A stretch of 64,000 bases of DNA, from the NCBI RefSeq assembly GCF_026571515.1, contig NW_026857303.1:124001-188000 (forward strand), read 5' to 3'. The notes under the pieces are model-generated. The model was given only the letters and a program-made list of their open reading frames with translations, ran no database searches and was not told the DNA's origin. Shown here piece after piece: positions 24,781-38,133 of the stretch; position 1 is the stretch's first letter; every line of letters begins with the position of its first letter. This stretch comes from Ruditapes philippinarum. Taxonomy: Eukaryota. The position numbers were made by a program, and so were the translations under genes.

Positions 24781-27700
24781 TGCATTAAGTCGCCTCTAAA
24801 ATCACGCAGTGATATAAATTCATTTCTATACTAGAAAAAAATAAACGTCAATTTTTTCTGAAGAAGACTTAACGTCGAAAGCTAAAGAAAAGCGTTTGTT
24901 TTCATTGAACTGATTATATATTTCTAGACCAGACACATACCAAACAGAAATGAGGTTTTTAATAGCAACGAGCAAAACAGGCACTCTTTCTACAATAATG
25001 TGGGTTCATTCATTTGCACCAAGCTCATAACATCATCTTTATAATTAGATTCATATACTTACAGCTATTGTCGGAAAATCTGAAATATCAAATTCAACAA
25101 TTCAACAAACAAACCGAATTCCACGGACCTGTTTACCTTGAACGAACTCACACTATCAAAATTACGGATATAAAAAACATACTGCAACCACTGAATCAGA
25201 GAAATCATCTAAATTAAATGCCTTTTGTTCAGATATTTAAATTTCAAATCATCTAATAATATTTAGATAGATATATAACGATATATACATGAATGTTTAA
25301 TAATTGCAGATGATATCTCATCTTTGCCACTTTGCCGAAAAATCTCATCAAATCATGGCGAACCACATGGCACAACGCCTTATCACTACCCGTACATATC
25401 ATCAAGCTAGAATGTAATGATATTTCTTTTATTTCAGGACGTCATCGGGTGGTTTCTTTTATACTGCAGGTATAACTTAGAACAATGAATTTGATGATAG
25501 ATTTAAGGAATATTTCATCGATGGGCACAATAATCCCAGGCCTTGTCAACACCAAATTGCCATAATACTAGCAATGCTACATGGAATGGACAGGGGTGTC
25601 GTAATTCTTAATAAATACTAATGTTTCATCGTTAACATTTGCAAGGCTGTTGAATAACAGCCTCGATTGATGATGAAACTTTCCAATCATTGTTTGATAA
25701 ATGACATGTTATATAATTTTTTCTCTTTCTTTTTGTAGTAGAATCTTCGTATTGGTCTTATGAATAAGTATTTATCTAGTATGCGAATAGCATAAAACGA
25801 GTCATGTTTTCTTACCTCACGCGTGCCTCTATCTAAAAAATTTAATTTTACTAACCGTCACCGCCCGTTTTGGAATTTAAAACACAAATTTATATCTGAG
25901 GACATGGCATTCGTTTAACGCGATATATATACATTTTTTTCATTTGAAAACATCGTTTATTTCAACACCCCTGTGTGGACCAGTCATTAAAATATATTAA
26001 TTGTCTGACAAGATTAACACTTGTATTTCTTTATTAGGTGGAGATAAATTCTCACGACGTAAAACAAAAGGTTCATAGATTACAGATATCACAGTTTAAT
26101 GGTCACCATAATGTACTGACTGATAATGTTTTATTGAAGGAATATATCGTTAAGATATGAGGTAATTTGATTACACGAAAACATGTAAAAATAACGATAT
26201 ATTAAGTTAACTAATTTAGTGTTTTACATTTCACTACGGAGATAGAATTCAATTCAATTCAATATTTTATTAGACATATAAACATTATATACAGTTTTTT
26301 TGCCTAAATGAATATATTAGGCGGCAACAAATATCATGAGAAGAGTATGTTATATACAAAGAATGATGATAAATGTCAATTATAATATATATATGTATAA
26401 GGAAACACTCATATTTATACATTTCAATTCGATAGCACATAAATTTATTTGCAAGTGACTACTACATTGTCCGATAAAATATTCCGATTACTGGGTCGTA
26501 TAATTATAAGAATAATATACACACTTTCTATGTGCTCATATATGCTTTTATTACACTGTTTACAATGGAGACGAGAAAATAGAAAACGCATCTTTTTTAT
26601 GATATTTTCTATATAAAAATCTACGCACGCAAATGATGTTAAGCAATTAATCTGTAAAAATTCATCAATAGAGCTTGAAATATGTTTAAATTCGAATAAA
26701 CAACAATTTATTTAAATTTTACTGGTGTATGCTTTTTATTCCATATTTCATATATTTCTTATAAGCATTTGTTTTATCTTACCAGTTATTTAACAATTAT
26801 TTATCTAAGCTAATATCGATCACAATTTATCTGCACTGTAGATTCTACTTAAGTCAATTTTAGAAATTCTAAATAAATATATATTTGATATTTTTTGTAC
26901 ATAAGATTAAAGTATAATATTTTCAGATTCTCTTTTGTAAATCATAATCTATTTTAGATCTACATTAATATGATCATTACAGGACAAATCACGTGATCAC
27001 TATCTTTATTTTCGCCTGTTTCATCTTATTTTTTTACTTAACTAAAATATTTTAAAATGAAAAGAAAATAAAACATAAAAGGGTGTAGGCTTTACATTGT
27101 TTTGTTTCACAATATTGACAGATTGACGTGTTTAAATACCAAGTGAAGTCGATAAAAATGTGCATCAGTAAAATCTTATCATGTTCAGTATCCATTCAAG
27201 TGTTGATTTGATATCAATGTTGTGATCGGGCGTAAAGTTACGCTGACACCGGGTGTTGAAAGTTTGGAACAACAGCTATGTCATATGGTTGACTCGTGGA
27301 ATTCTGGTTAGCAGTTCATTGCAGTTTAATCCCTGTCATCTCATTTACTGGTGGAATTCCGGTCTGCAGTCCGACATGACCTAAACCCTTCAGGGACAAC
27401 TTACTACACAATGTAGTAGTTTTTTAAAATTTAAAATTAACTTGCGGCGTCAAAGTGGACTTGTTTTTGCCATTTTCAAAGAGCTTTACATATGGAGATT
27501 AACATGCAGCTTCAAAATTCAATGAGGGTAACTGAGAAAAAAATATCTGGAAAAGCGTTAAATTTAGTTATCCCCAGGGCATATAATGTACAAATAACTG
27601 TAACAAAATGTATAAAAATGTTGTTCTTATCAATATATACGTATAAAATACAATTGTAAGTGCACATCACAATTATTATTTGATATTTCGCACTGGTACC

Positions 27701-29415
27701 TACTTTTTAGGTTACAGTGGTGTACATGTTCTAAAATCAGCTTACCAACACGGTAATGCACATTATGCTATTGCCTTACATTTGAACACGAAGAAAATAT
27801 AAAATTTCAATATTAAATAACAAACAAGATATCATTACTTTGTAAGGAAGTGAAAAGCTCTCATGATAGAATACGTTTATTTGCTTATATACGCTAGATA
27901 CCGTTTATGCGTCTTCATAAATATATTAGACTATTTCTGTTTTCTTCCGACTGTCGGGGTAATTAACTTCTTCTTTGGAGGTTGTTCATATTCAGTTAAC
28001 TGTCACAAATGACATCATCATGGTGTCACAGTGTCAATGCAGGCTTTACATGCAATTTCGCAATGAAGAAACGCATTAAATTAAGTTGGGAGGTCTTGAC
28101 ACGGTTTCGTTATGCTAACTTTCGTGTGACAGTTTACTAAAGATTTCGACTTAAGCATGCAATGTCAGCTAAGCCGTTAAGTTACTCGTTATCTGTTCGA
28201 TAAGAACTTTCAATTTCTGTGTAAATTCATCTTTTCTTTTAATGAATAACATTATGATATAACTACTCAACGAGAATTTTGTATTTTTAGTCACATGTGT
28301 TGAAGTAAATTCCCTCATCTAACTATTTCACAGATTAAACATGAATGAATCGTTTGCATACAATAGTTAAAACTATTTGTTTTAGTAATGTTCGACTTAT
28401 TTCATTTCCTTAAACATACAGAAATCACAGCTAGACATGTAAATTTATGAATAATTAATATTTAAAATTTTACATATTTGCAATCAAATATGATTGCCAA
28501 TTATTATTGCGCTAGAATGTGCTGTTATCATGTTTCAGTCTTTTCTTCAGATTATACTCGCCAATATCTATTTAAGACCTATAGTACTTGATCTTCTTCT
28601 AGAAAATAATATGGTGCATGTTTCAATTGTTTTGTATATTTATGCTATATACTGTCTTGTCACATATAATGTATTGTATATCTTCATGGGCCATATGGCG
28701 TTATGGAATATTGAAAATAAAGTTATCAATCTTATCATGTATTTTAATTGAATTTTGTGTACGTTTGATTTTCTTTATAATATAGAAAACGATCTTCACA
28801 GCACAGTGAAATGTAGAACTGCTTTTTAAAACGGTCTTTTTATATGTTTAGCATGCTGATTCAAATATATTTTACCATCTTGGTACCGAGAAGCGGAAAA
28901 TAATGCTTTTAATGTTTGCACGATCAATAAGTAAAATCATAAAACCAGTAAATATGTTGCGTGTTTCAACCGTCTCTATTTATAGTTAAAGTGGGCATTC
29001 ACATTTCCACAATAATGATATATTGGTGTATTTTGTTATACAAAATAGAGAAACGTAGTAATAAATCAGCTTAGGAATTTTAAAGGTGAAATCATTGACA
29101 AACTAAATTGAGTGTTAAATACGTATAACCTTAAGTGTCAAATTGACATTTTCGCTTTTTATAATTTACGAATAATTTACACCAAGTGTATCATAATTTT
29201 GATATCATAATTACCTCAATTTAAAGAAATATCGGTAATATGAGTATCAAAGTTGACTTTTTTGTCCATTGATTATAAGAAATAGTGTTTTTTTAAAAAA
29301 TAATTTAAGACATAATGGTATTTCTAAACTATTTAAGAGATTTAGAGCTACATTAAGCATTGGATTATTTATTGAATATACCTTTTGTATATCAGTGTGT
29401 AGCAAAATTGCCCCC

Positions 29416-29445
29416 ATAAATAAATAAATAAATAAATAAATAAAT
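29416..29445. repeat. (TAAA)n microsatellite
   Basis: ataaataaataaataaataaataaataaat. Confidence 0.9.
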
Positions 29446-29446
29446 C

Positions 29447-29665
29447 GCCTCCGTGGTCGAGTGGTTAGAGTCGATGACTTCTAATCCAGTTACCTCTCTG
29501 GCGTGGGTTCCATCCCCGGGAGATGCTTTGGTAGTTTAGCGCGGAGGAAGGTAGTCTAGTACTGGTGTAACTCTCCAGGAACGATGGTTAGGAAACTACC
29601 CGCCTATATGACTGAAATACTGTTGGGAAAAAGCGTAACATAAAACAAACAAACAAACAAATAAA
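29447..29665 (+). mobile_element. tRNA-derived SINE
   Basis: A box TGGTCGAGTGG, B box GGTTCCATCCC, 3' tail atatgactgaaatactgttg...(aaac)n. Confidence 0.8.
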
Positions 29666-32399
29666 ATAAATAAATGAAAAATAAACAAATAAATGTAAAA
29701 TAAGTAAGATAACAAACAAACAAAAAAAGTCCAAAAAAAAGTCACGAAACTTTCACTTCGATAGAAAATGATATTCTCTTTATCCTCTGCTATTGTCACG
29801 CGGCGTTCATTCAACAATAAATATGAACTGTTTCCTCCTTTTTGTTGGTCCTTCATTTATTTCGATACTTTCAATAAAAACATGTCTTCCACTTGTTGCA
29901 TAAAAGGTTGAGATGTTATTTATTACAGTATCATTTTAATTCAAGGACTTTCATTCTTGATGGGTCCCGTGTTAATACACTCCCCGCAGTCTGCAAGGTT
30001 CATTGTCACCAAATTATATATTTAACCAACCGCCTTGAATTGGTGTTTACGTTATTTGATTGAACTATTCGTGTCTACCCACTGCGTAATTGCGGCCTTT
30101 TATACTAACTGTCCATTCTACACTTCATCTGACCAAGAATGAGCCAAAACTGGTCATGTTTACCGATGAAATATCTTCTAAACCTGAAAGACACGGATGT
30201 AGAATATTACCAATCATGCTGCGTTGCAGACTGATTTTGCGACATACAGTCTTCGGTCAATAAATTGAAATTGTCTTCCACCTTTTAAGGTTGTGTTCAT
30301 GTTGTTGAAACTGAAGTGGGAATGATGTAATGACGTAAACAGATACTTTGTCACATTTGAAATATGGCGGATAGATTAATTGACATCACTTCCGGTTGAA
30401 AGCACATACGGGACTGACGATTTGTTGAGGGGAGGGTCTGAAAGAAATAAATGACTTTCCTTTGTAATAGAAGAATGTGGTCTCGACATTTTGTGATTAA
30501 ATTTTGTCCACGGCATTACACTTAGAAGTATATTTGATTAACAAAAAGTAGCGTAGTTATTTTTGGTACAAGGGGGTGAGTAAGACATATATTATTCACG
30601 TAAATTAGTTTATTACGTTGGTCTGAAATACCTTCCTATCTGACACTTTTATTATATTTATTTTTGATATAAGGTTAAGTGTGTTTAGATCCAATTATGC
30701 CATGGTTGAAGCATCAGTGATTTGAGGTGGCATGACCATCATTGGTCAAATGTCTATCTTAAGCCAACCATTTCTTCTTAACTAATACATTTGTATTCTT
30801 CGATTTTTTAATATAACAAGAACACATAGATAATCTTGCATTTTTATACATATCATAGTAAATGTTTAATGAAACAGGTGTCACTTTGCGTTTCTTATTC
30901 CAATACTTATTCATAACTGACAAAGTACTAAGATACCACAGTGTACTTCATTCATAAAACACTGTCCCAAAAGTATTCAAACCGAGATATTGTATTTGAC
31001 ACTTTTCATGGTCGTTTTAATCGGAGATTTGAATCTTAGATACACTACGGTTTACCCAGTCTATATTTCAACCACAAAAGACTGCCTTTCCACACCTTTT
31101 TGTTTAAACCGTTTTTCTGATGCAGATAGTGCTTTTGATAATTGGTGGCTCATGAACAAGTTTAATAAATCTTCAAATTAATGGCTTATGTCTTCAAAAT
31201 TACACAAAGCAATGTGTCAATGAGAGTAAAGACCATTCTTTCTCTCGATAGTCAATTAACATAGTTCAACGGTGTGTTAACGGGCTCTATAGTAACAAAA
31301 TACTGTTACAGTTTTCCAATAGAGTCAACTCATGCATTATCTGTTAATTGAGTTTTAATTACTTCTTTCCTTAAAAAGTTAAAAAGTAACCTCATTTTGA
31401 AGTTGCATTTTTTTTTAAAGAAATGTGGTTTTTAAAGTTGAAGCTAGTGGTAGTTGAGTAAAGCAATAATTGGCAAGTTTACATTTTCTCCCTCCTTATT
31501 GAGTTGAAGTTTCATTCATTAAATGTTTTCATTGATAAAATGGCGGTTGTTCAATCAGAGCTAGATTCAGTCAAACTATTTTATGTTACTTTTTTGCTTA
31601 AATTGTTGATGAGTATTTTAACTGTTTTCTATTAAATACCATATTAGTAATGTTTTTACTTTTGTTACTAACATTTATATGTACTTGTTATTTAGATTTT
31701 TTCTTTAATTCCTAAAGAGCCAACTTTACGTTGCAGTCGCAATGAGTTATTTACTATATGAACATGATGTTTAATTAATCGGTAGGTACAGTGGATGAAG
31801 TCTATCTTTCTAACCTAACTCTTCTATAATGATTATTTACCAATGTCTTGTCGAATTGGTACAAAAGAACAAATGCAAGCATATGTGAGGTATCATAGAT
31901 GATAATTTATTCACTGTCAGGCATATAAGATCGAAATACGATGTTATCTTCTTGTCTTAACCTTTCAATTAGTCAACCACAGGAACGCTAATAAATAATT
32001 TCCTTATTGCTAAAACAGTGATAATTTCCAATCAAGTGTTGGATTGTTAATTTGCAAAAATGGATTGTGTTGATAAATATAATTGAGTAATAAAATATGG
32101 CGGCGTTTTATTGGTGTGGTGAGTTATAGATATGAACCACGCCTGCTACACTGCCATAAGTCTCGCTATCTCCGAGATACGACAGCGTTGTAATATATAA
32201 TGTTGTCTTTATTTTTCAAATGTTTTATGTATGAGATATATTGTTTAATAAATATGTTACATAGTTTTGCAGTGTGTTTGTTTCTATGTCTTTGAATTAG
32301 TCATTTTAGTATGAGTACTCGTAAACACATATTTATATATTCATCCTGTTTCAGTGTTGAAGTTTAATTGTATTCAATAAATAGTCTGGTATAATTTAA

Positions 32400-32620
32400 T
32401 CTTATGAACCTTTTTAAAACTTTATACTTGAGATATTATCACACATCAATTTATACAAATCGATAATCTTCTGTATATATTTACATGTATGTATTTAAAT
32501 AGTTTGAATATGTTAAATTTATATTGTTCCTTGTTGAGGGCCTCATGGAAGATTGATATGTTTGTTCAAATGAGTTCTCTCGTTAAATAGTCTTTATTAT
32601 TATTATTATTATCATTATTA
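32400..32620 (+). mobile_element. Probable LINE 3' UTR remnant with (ATT)n tail
   Basis: gagggcctcatggaagatt...gttaaatagtctttattattattattatt; similar LINE-tail-like ends at ~26250 (minus, (AATTC)n) and ~28690-28740 (plus). Confidence 0.4.
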
Positions 32621-32880
32621 ACCTAAGTCATCAGTCATTTTGCTATTAATTTCTTGACAAATTACGTTGAAATTGAAAATCTGACGAATAAAAACACGAA
32701 TAATAATAATGAGGTTCACTTGTCCATTTGTGATACACACTTTTATACTACCAGCAGCTTATCTCGTTTATTTGACGTGACCCGTCATAATCTTATGGCT
32801 CGTTATCTTAATAAGTCCCGATAAACTCAACTCACATCAGTCGAATAATAGTTAAACTTCCGAAAATATTATATTAAACA

Positions 32881-35800
32881 ATGCCGCCGACGAATAAACT
32901 TTTAGTGCATTCTGCAAAACAAATTGTACAAGTTTGTGCAGACGGTCGTCGTGTTAAACAGGGGCCTGAAATGAATACTGTGGATATATTACAAGAAGAA
33001 GGTGTAGGATACAGTATTCTAGTTGATAGGTACGTTATATATCATTATTGTTTATTAATATATAAATGTACAACACAGCATTAATGAATGCTGGCTTTGT
33101 TATATCACGCATTTAAGCAGCATGCCTCCAATTCATGCTCATTTCCATGAAAATTCTAAAAATGTAATAAAACATTAAATGTTGCCAAGTGAACAAAGAA
33201 AATATTTTACACATTGCAAACGACACTTTAAATCCCAGAAAATTACCTAATAAAGGTAAAAAATGCAAAAATAGCCCTTACGGCGTTAGTCACGCAGTAG
33301 AAATATTGTGATAAATACAGCAAAATCAGTCTTTGCATATGACATGTAAATCATTTTACTTCTCTTAAAAGCATAGTATATTTTCGCAAAGTTGATTTTC
33401 TTGAAAGGTTTTGGCTCATCTGGAGGCATGCAGCTTTAAAGTTATATTTCTAAACCACAACTCTTGTCTTATTATATACTTTGCCATACAATTTATCAAC
33501 ATATGTATTTTAGATCTTTTTGCAACAATGTTAAAAGCAGATAACAAAATTATGCTTTATGCTGATGTTAAACTTAATGCTAGTGTATTTAGTATTAAGC
33601 TATCATTTTCTAAATATCTTAAAATAAACAATTTTTCGTGTACAGAAACGGGATCATAACGGACATTGGCACTGATAAAGAAGTTGCAAATAGGAACCCA
33701 GATATAAATGCAGAGACAGTTATTGATGCAAGTGGGTGTTCAATTATTCCAGGTAAATATTCTATTATTCCGGGTAAGTATTTAATTATTCCAGGTAAAG
33801 GTTATATTATTCAAGGAAAATGTTCTTTTATTCCAGGTAATCTATCATTATGAGTCATTATGTCTTTATATCAAGACATATAAGAGAAATACATGCAACA
33901 ATATACACCGTAAATAATGTATTCAGCTATACAAAAAATATCTTTCAAGCTTTTATTCTTACGAGAAGAAACAGAGGGCTCTATCCTCCATTTAAAAGAG
34001 ACTGCACGGAGGTATCTTGACTTGACGGGACTAGAAATGATTTTTTGAAATTAATTTTCCATTTGATGAAGGTCTAGACCAAGAACTTGTGTGCAAATTT
34101 TCAGATCATTCGCTCACTATGTTTTTCCAGAACGATTGTGAAAAAATACCCATAATTGAAAAACGCTGTAAAGCTTTTCACTCAAATCGGGCAAAGCATT
34201 GCACAAAAATTAGCAATCTATTTCCAACAATATTTCTTAATCATCTATTGCATATCTTCCTATTTTGAGTGCCCCTGCTAATCTATGTAAGAAATTCAAA
34301 TTTTATGGTTTTAGGTTTTTGGACCTCAGCGGAGTTCCTTTAAAAGTGATAAATATATATATTCATATTCGATAACTGAATTACACTGAAAAGTACATTA
34401 CAAATGTAATAAAACCAAATTTCGTTGACATATCGACGAAAATGAAAATGAAATCATATACAAATGAATTGTATGTATAATATTTTTCTAATATATTAAT
34501 AGATACATTTTAGATTATAGATCAAATTCAATAAAGGGTTTTAACTTGATTATGTATCTGATTGTACTTTCCAACATATACTTTTATTTTGTTAAGTTTG
34601 GTTTTACGGCACACGAACACAATTTCGTCCTCTTTTTATGTAATCATATACTTTAAATTAACAAACGTTTTCCAATTATAGGTTTGGTAGATGCTCACAC
34701 ACATCCAGTATGGGCAGGTGACCGTGTACATGAGTTCGCTATGAAGGTAAGTATACTTGAAATGTTAGTTTAAAAACACGATATAAAGTGGAATATCTAT
34801 TTAGGAATGATAAGTTAAGAACCACAATAAAGCAATATTTAATTTTTAGAACTATATTACATCAATGGGTGAATGAACTTTTTGTAAAATGTAAATACTT
34901 TTCAGACCACCTGAAACGATTTTATATATTTAGCTGTAAACAGACATGTCTGAATTTAAAATCTTTATTGTCAAAACCATTGTTATTAACAAGCTTGCAG
35001 GAGCAACATACATGGAAGTTCATAAGGCTGGTGGAGGAATACATTACACTGTCGAACATACCAGAAAAGCTTCCGAGGAGGAGCTATATGCTTCATTTAA
35101 AAACAGACTAGAAACAATACGAAGTGCTGGTACCACACTAGTAGAATGTAAGAGTGGCTATGGACTAGATGTTGATACAGAAGTGAAGATGCTGCGAGTC
35201 ATTGAGAGAGCCAAACGTAACATGGCGATCGGTATATCCTCAACATATTGCGGTGCACATGCTGTTCCCAAGTGAGATATATGTTCTTTATTTGCTTGGT
35301 TTCACGTATCGAAATATGTAATATAATAAATATAGATTAATTGAAAATGTATGCTTCGTGCAAACAATTGGGTGTCATTTTCATGCGCTCCTTTTGAAAG
35401 CGGATATGCATTTATTGTCATTAATAGTCCTTACGCTATAGTTTTTATAACATTGTAGTAGAAGATCAATTCATTTCATGCATTTTGATGCATTTTGATA
35501 CAATCTGCATGTAGTTTGTTTTCATAACCAATCATTAGAATAGAATTCATATATTTATATTTAAATATGTATGTATAAAGCAAAATCTATAGAAATGATA
35601 ATAATAGAGAAATCCATATTCACAATGCAGGAACACAACTGCAGAGGATGCCACACGCGATGTCCTTGAAAAACAGATTCCAGAAATTCAAAGACTGATG
35701 TTAGACGACTCATTGCACGTGGACAATATTGACGTATTTTGTGAACGCGGCGTCTTTGATATAGCGCGACGAGATCTTTTTTAGAAAGGGAAAAAAGTTT

Positions 35801-37692
35801 GGGGGTCCCCCAATTAAAAATTTTCCCTGGAGATGAAACTTCATTCCCAACCGGGAATTTCCCCAGAGGTTTTGTTTTATTTTGGGTTTTTTTATAATGT
35901 TGTTTTCGTAAAAAAAAAAGGGAATTTAACCCCCTATTGGGTTGCCTTTTAAAATGAAAACCCCACGTCAACCCAAAGGGAAAATATTTAAAATTTTTTG
36001 ATAATTAAATACCCCGAAAAAAATTACTTATTTTTTATCAAAGAACAATATAAAAAGATGGTTCCCTTTTCCTTTTTTTAAAATAACGCAAAATTTAAAA
36101 TTAAACAAAACTTTATTATTAGTATTTGTTTAAAGGGGATTTAAGGCATTTTATTCTGACCCTTTCGTTGTCCCAAATTTTTTAGTTTTACCTTAGGGTG
36201 GTCATACCTTAAAATAAAACCATTTCAACACTTCACTTAGGCACTTTAATTATAACATTTATTTCATTATTGAAAAATACTTAGTGAATCATACTCTCAG
36301 TACTTTTATTTTGCTTCATTTGTCTGTTATCTAACAATATTAAAGAGTAATGTCCCTTTGATTTAAACATTAAACATAATGTCATGTCATCATTATGTGA
36401 ACATTAATACATTGTTTGATACAAACATTATAGATGGGCGCAGAAATTGGTGCTCGTGCCATAAGTCACTTGGAAGAAATCTCAGAGGATGGAATATCAG
36501 CAATGGCAGCCGCTGGATCGGTAGGAGTAGTGCTACCTACAACAGCTTATATTCTTCGTCTTAAACCTCCGCCGGTCCGACAGATGATTGACAAGGGAAT
36601 GGCTGTAGCTCTCGGTTCTGACTTCAATCCGAATGCTTATTGTTTGACTATGGTAATAAAACGTTTAACAAAATGATTCAATTTATGAATTTCTCGCTAA
36701 TGCTACCCTTTAAATTGCTTCTGTATGGATTGTTTTCGTCCTGTCCATTGCATTCTTAAACACATGTAGATTTACATATTTTTTTCAATTTTGCAATTAA
36801 CAAAAAAGTAGAGAACTAATATTTTACCGACTAGTAAATCACTTTAATTTCTTATTATAATTTAAACTTTTCAGCCACTTGTGATGCACCTTTCCTGTGT
36901 TATTTTGCGCATGAGTATGCCCGAGACACTTAATGCCGCAACAATCAACGCTGCGCATGCGCTAAATCTCTCAGACAAACATGGCTCCATCGAAGTTGGA
37001 AAATATGGAAATTTTGTTGTTTTAGATACAAACCGGTAAGAAATCATTACGAAGGATGTGTTAACTATACATGTTTTATCAAAATGTTTGTCAAGAACGA
37101 AAGGCTAAGGTAGTTCATAAGAAAGTTGTTTTCAGTATACATTAAATCTGTAGCAAAATATTTATGGAACCCCTACTTTAAAGCAAAATAAAAGAAATGC
37201 AAATAAAACAAAGAACATCAGTGCTTTCTCTATAAATAAACTGTCCCTTTCACAAGAATATTGTTATATGATGCAATGAAATGATACTACATACGAAACA
37301 ATCTACAAATGTAGTTAGAAAATTGACTGTTAACATTACTAGAACCACGTTGATTTGCTTATAGCGAGTCAATTGTGCCAGATTCATATTACGCTGATGT
37401 CATAAAACGTTGCTTTTATACGCCAAATACTTAAACATATTTTTTTCGTCTAGAGTTTACAAGATATCTTTGTATAACGTCTGCACAAGTCACTGTTAAT
37501 TTCATTTTACTGCCTGGTATTTCACTATAATATGAACACGTCTTTGTCATTTTGTTTAGTGATTAAGAAAGCTATATCTTACATTTCAGATGGGAAAATC
37601 TTATTTATAAATTTGGCTGCTTCACTGACATAGTGAAAAATGTCATCTTCCAGGGAGAGGTGGTCCATTCTAAGGCAAAATCTAGTAAATAA
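32881..37692 (+). CDS. AMDHD1: Probable imidazolonepropionase (HutI; histidine catabolism), 8 coding exons
   Basis: Exons 32881-33029, 33646-33752, 34682-34746, 34994-35271, 35631-~35868 (3' half garbled), 36434-36652, 36875-37035, 37590-37692. Motifs [101 protein letters not shown]. Confidence 0.93.
33113..33439. mobile_element. TTAA-flanked MITE (Kolobok-like), copy 2, in AMDHD1 intron 1
   Basis: TIRs ttaagcagcatgcctcca ... tggaggcatgcagctttaa; homologous to 3678-4024. Confidence 0.8.
33743..33847 (+). repeat. 21-bp tandem repeat x5 spanning the AMDHD1 exon 2 donor
   Basis: Units attattccaggtaaatattct / attattccgggtaagtattta / attattccaggtaaaggttat / attattcaaggaaaatgttct / tttattccaggtaatctatca. 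Confidence 0.9.
33992..34343. mobile_element. Older TTAA-flanked MITE in AMDHD1 intron 2
   Basis: Degenerate TIRs ttaaaagagactgcacggaggt ... acctcagcggagttcctttaa. Confidence 0.4.
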
Positions 37693-37924
37693 AACGCAAT
37701 GCTATATATACAATGTCATTTTATTTTTGTAGCTTTTACAAACATTTGAGCATGTATGATTTTCACTGCATTGTACTTTTTATCACATTTTAATAAATCT
37801 TGAATTATGTAGATTATTGTTTTGTCATAAATCTTTAGCAGCACACCTATCTAGATTTGTTATTGATTTTTATGAAAATTTACAAAATGAGTAAATATAT
37901 TAGAACGTGTGCAAATACATATAT

Positions 37925-38133
37925 GTTGTGATTGATCATGAAGTCCTTTCTTCGGTTACCTCTGCTCTGGTATGTACTGAAGTTATCAGTTCCTTGCGAG
38001 AATGAAGGCAAATAGTACTGGTAAACTGCTTAACAGCCTGCCCATGTAAGATTCGGTGGCTGAACGGCGCTCTGGTAAATTCAATGTGGCTTATTAACGT
38101 GATCCGAAGTGAAAACTACCAAAACCACCACCA
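37925..38133 (+). mobile_element. Headless SINE, same family as 53204-53503
   Basis: gattgatcatgaagtcctttct...cagttccttgcgag...cagcctg...gattcggtggctgaa...gctctggtaaa...gtgaaaactacc...accaccacc matches the reverse complement of the 53204 element. Confidence 0.75.

Noticed and set aside
25300-25700. Possible LINE endonuclease remnant on the minus strand (VIPAV*KKPPD)
   Set aside because: Only one degenerate motif; too weak to call without a search.
29447-29525. tRNA gene
   Set aside because: A/B boxes are present but there is no clean cloverleaf and it continues into a SINE body and tail; the same applies to 53430-53503.
29596-29856. 86-aa ORF with hydrophobic C-terminus
   Set aside because: The hydrophobic part is the antisense of an A-rich SINE tail/microsatellite.
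33743-33847. CRISPR-like array
   Set aside because: Head-to-tail 21-bp units without unique spacers, eukaryotic context, no cas genes.
37269-37277. TGATGCAAT amino-acid response element in AMDHD1 intron 7
   Set aside because: A single AT-rich 9-mer is expected by chance in 64 kb.
32881-37692. AMDHD1 as a pseudogene
   Set aside because: Lesions are confined to one homopolymer-inflated stretch; all other exons and splice sites are intact.
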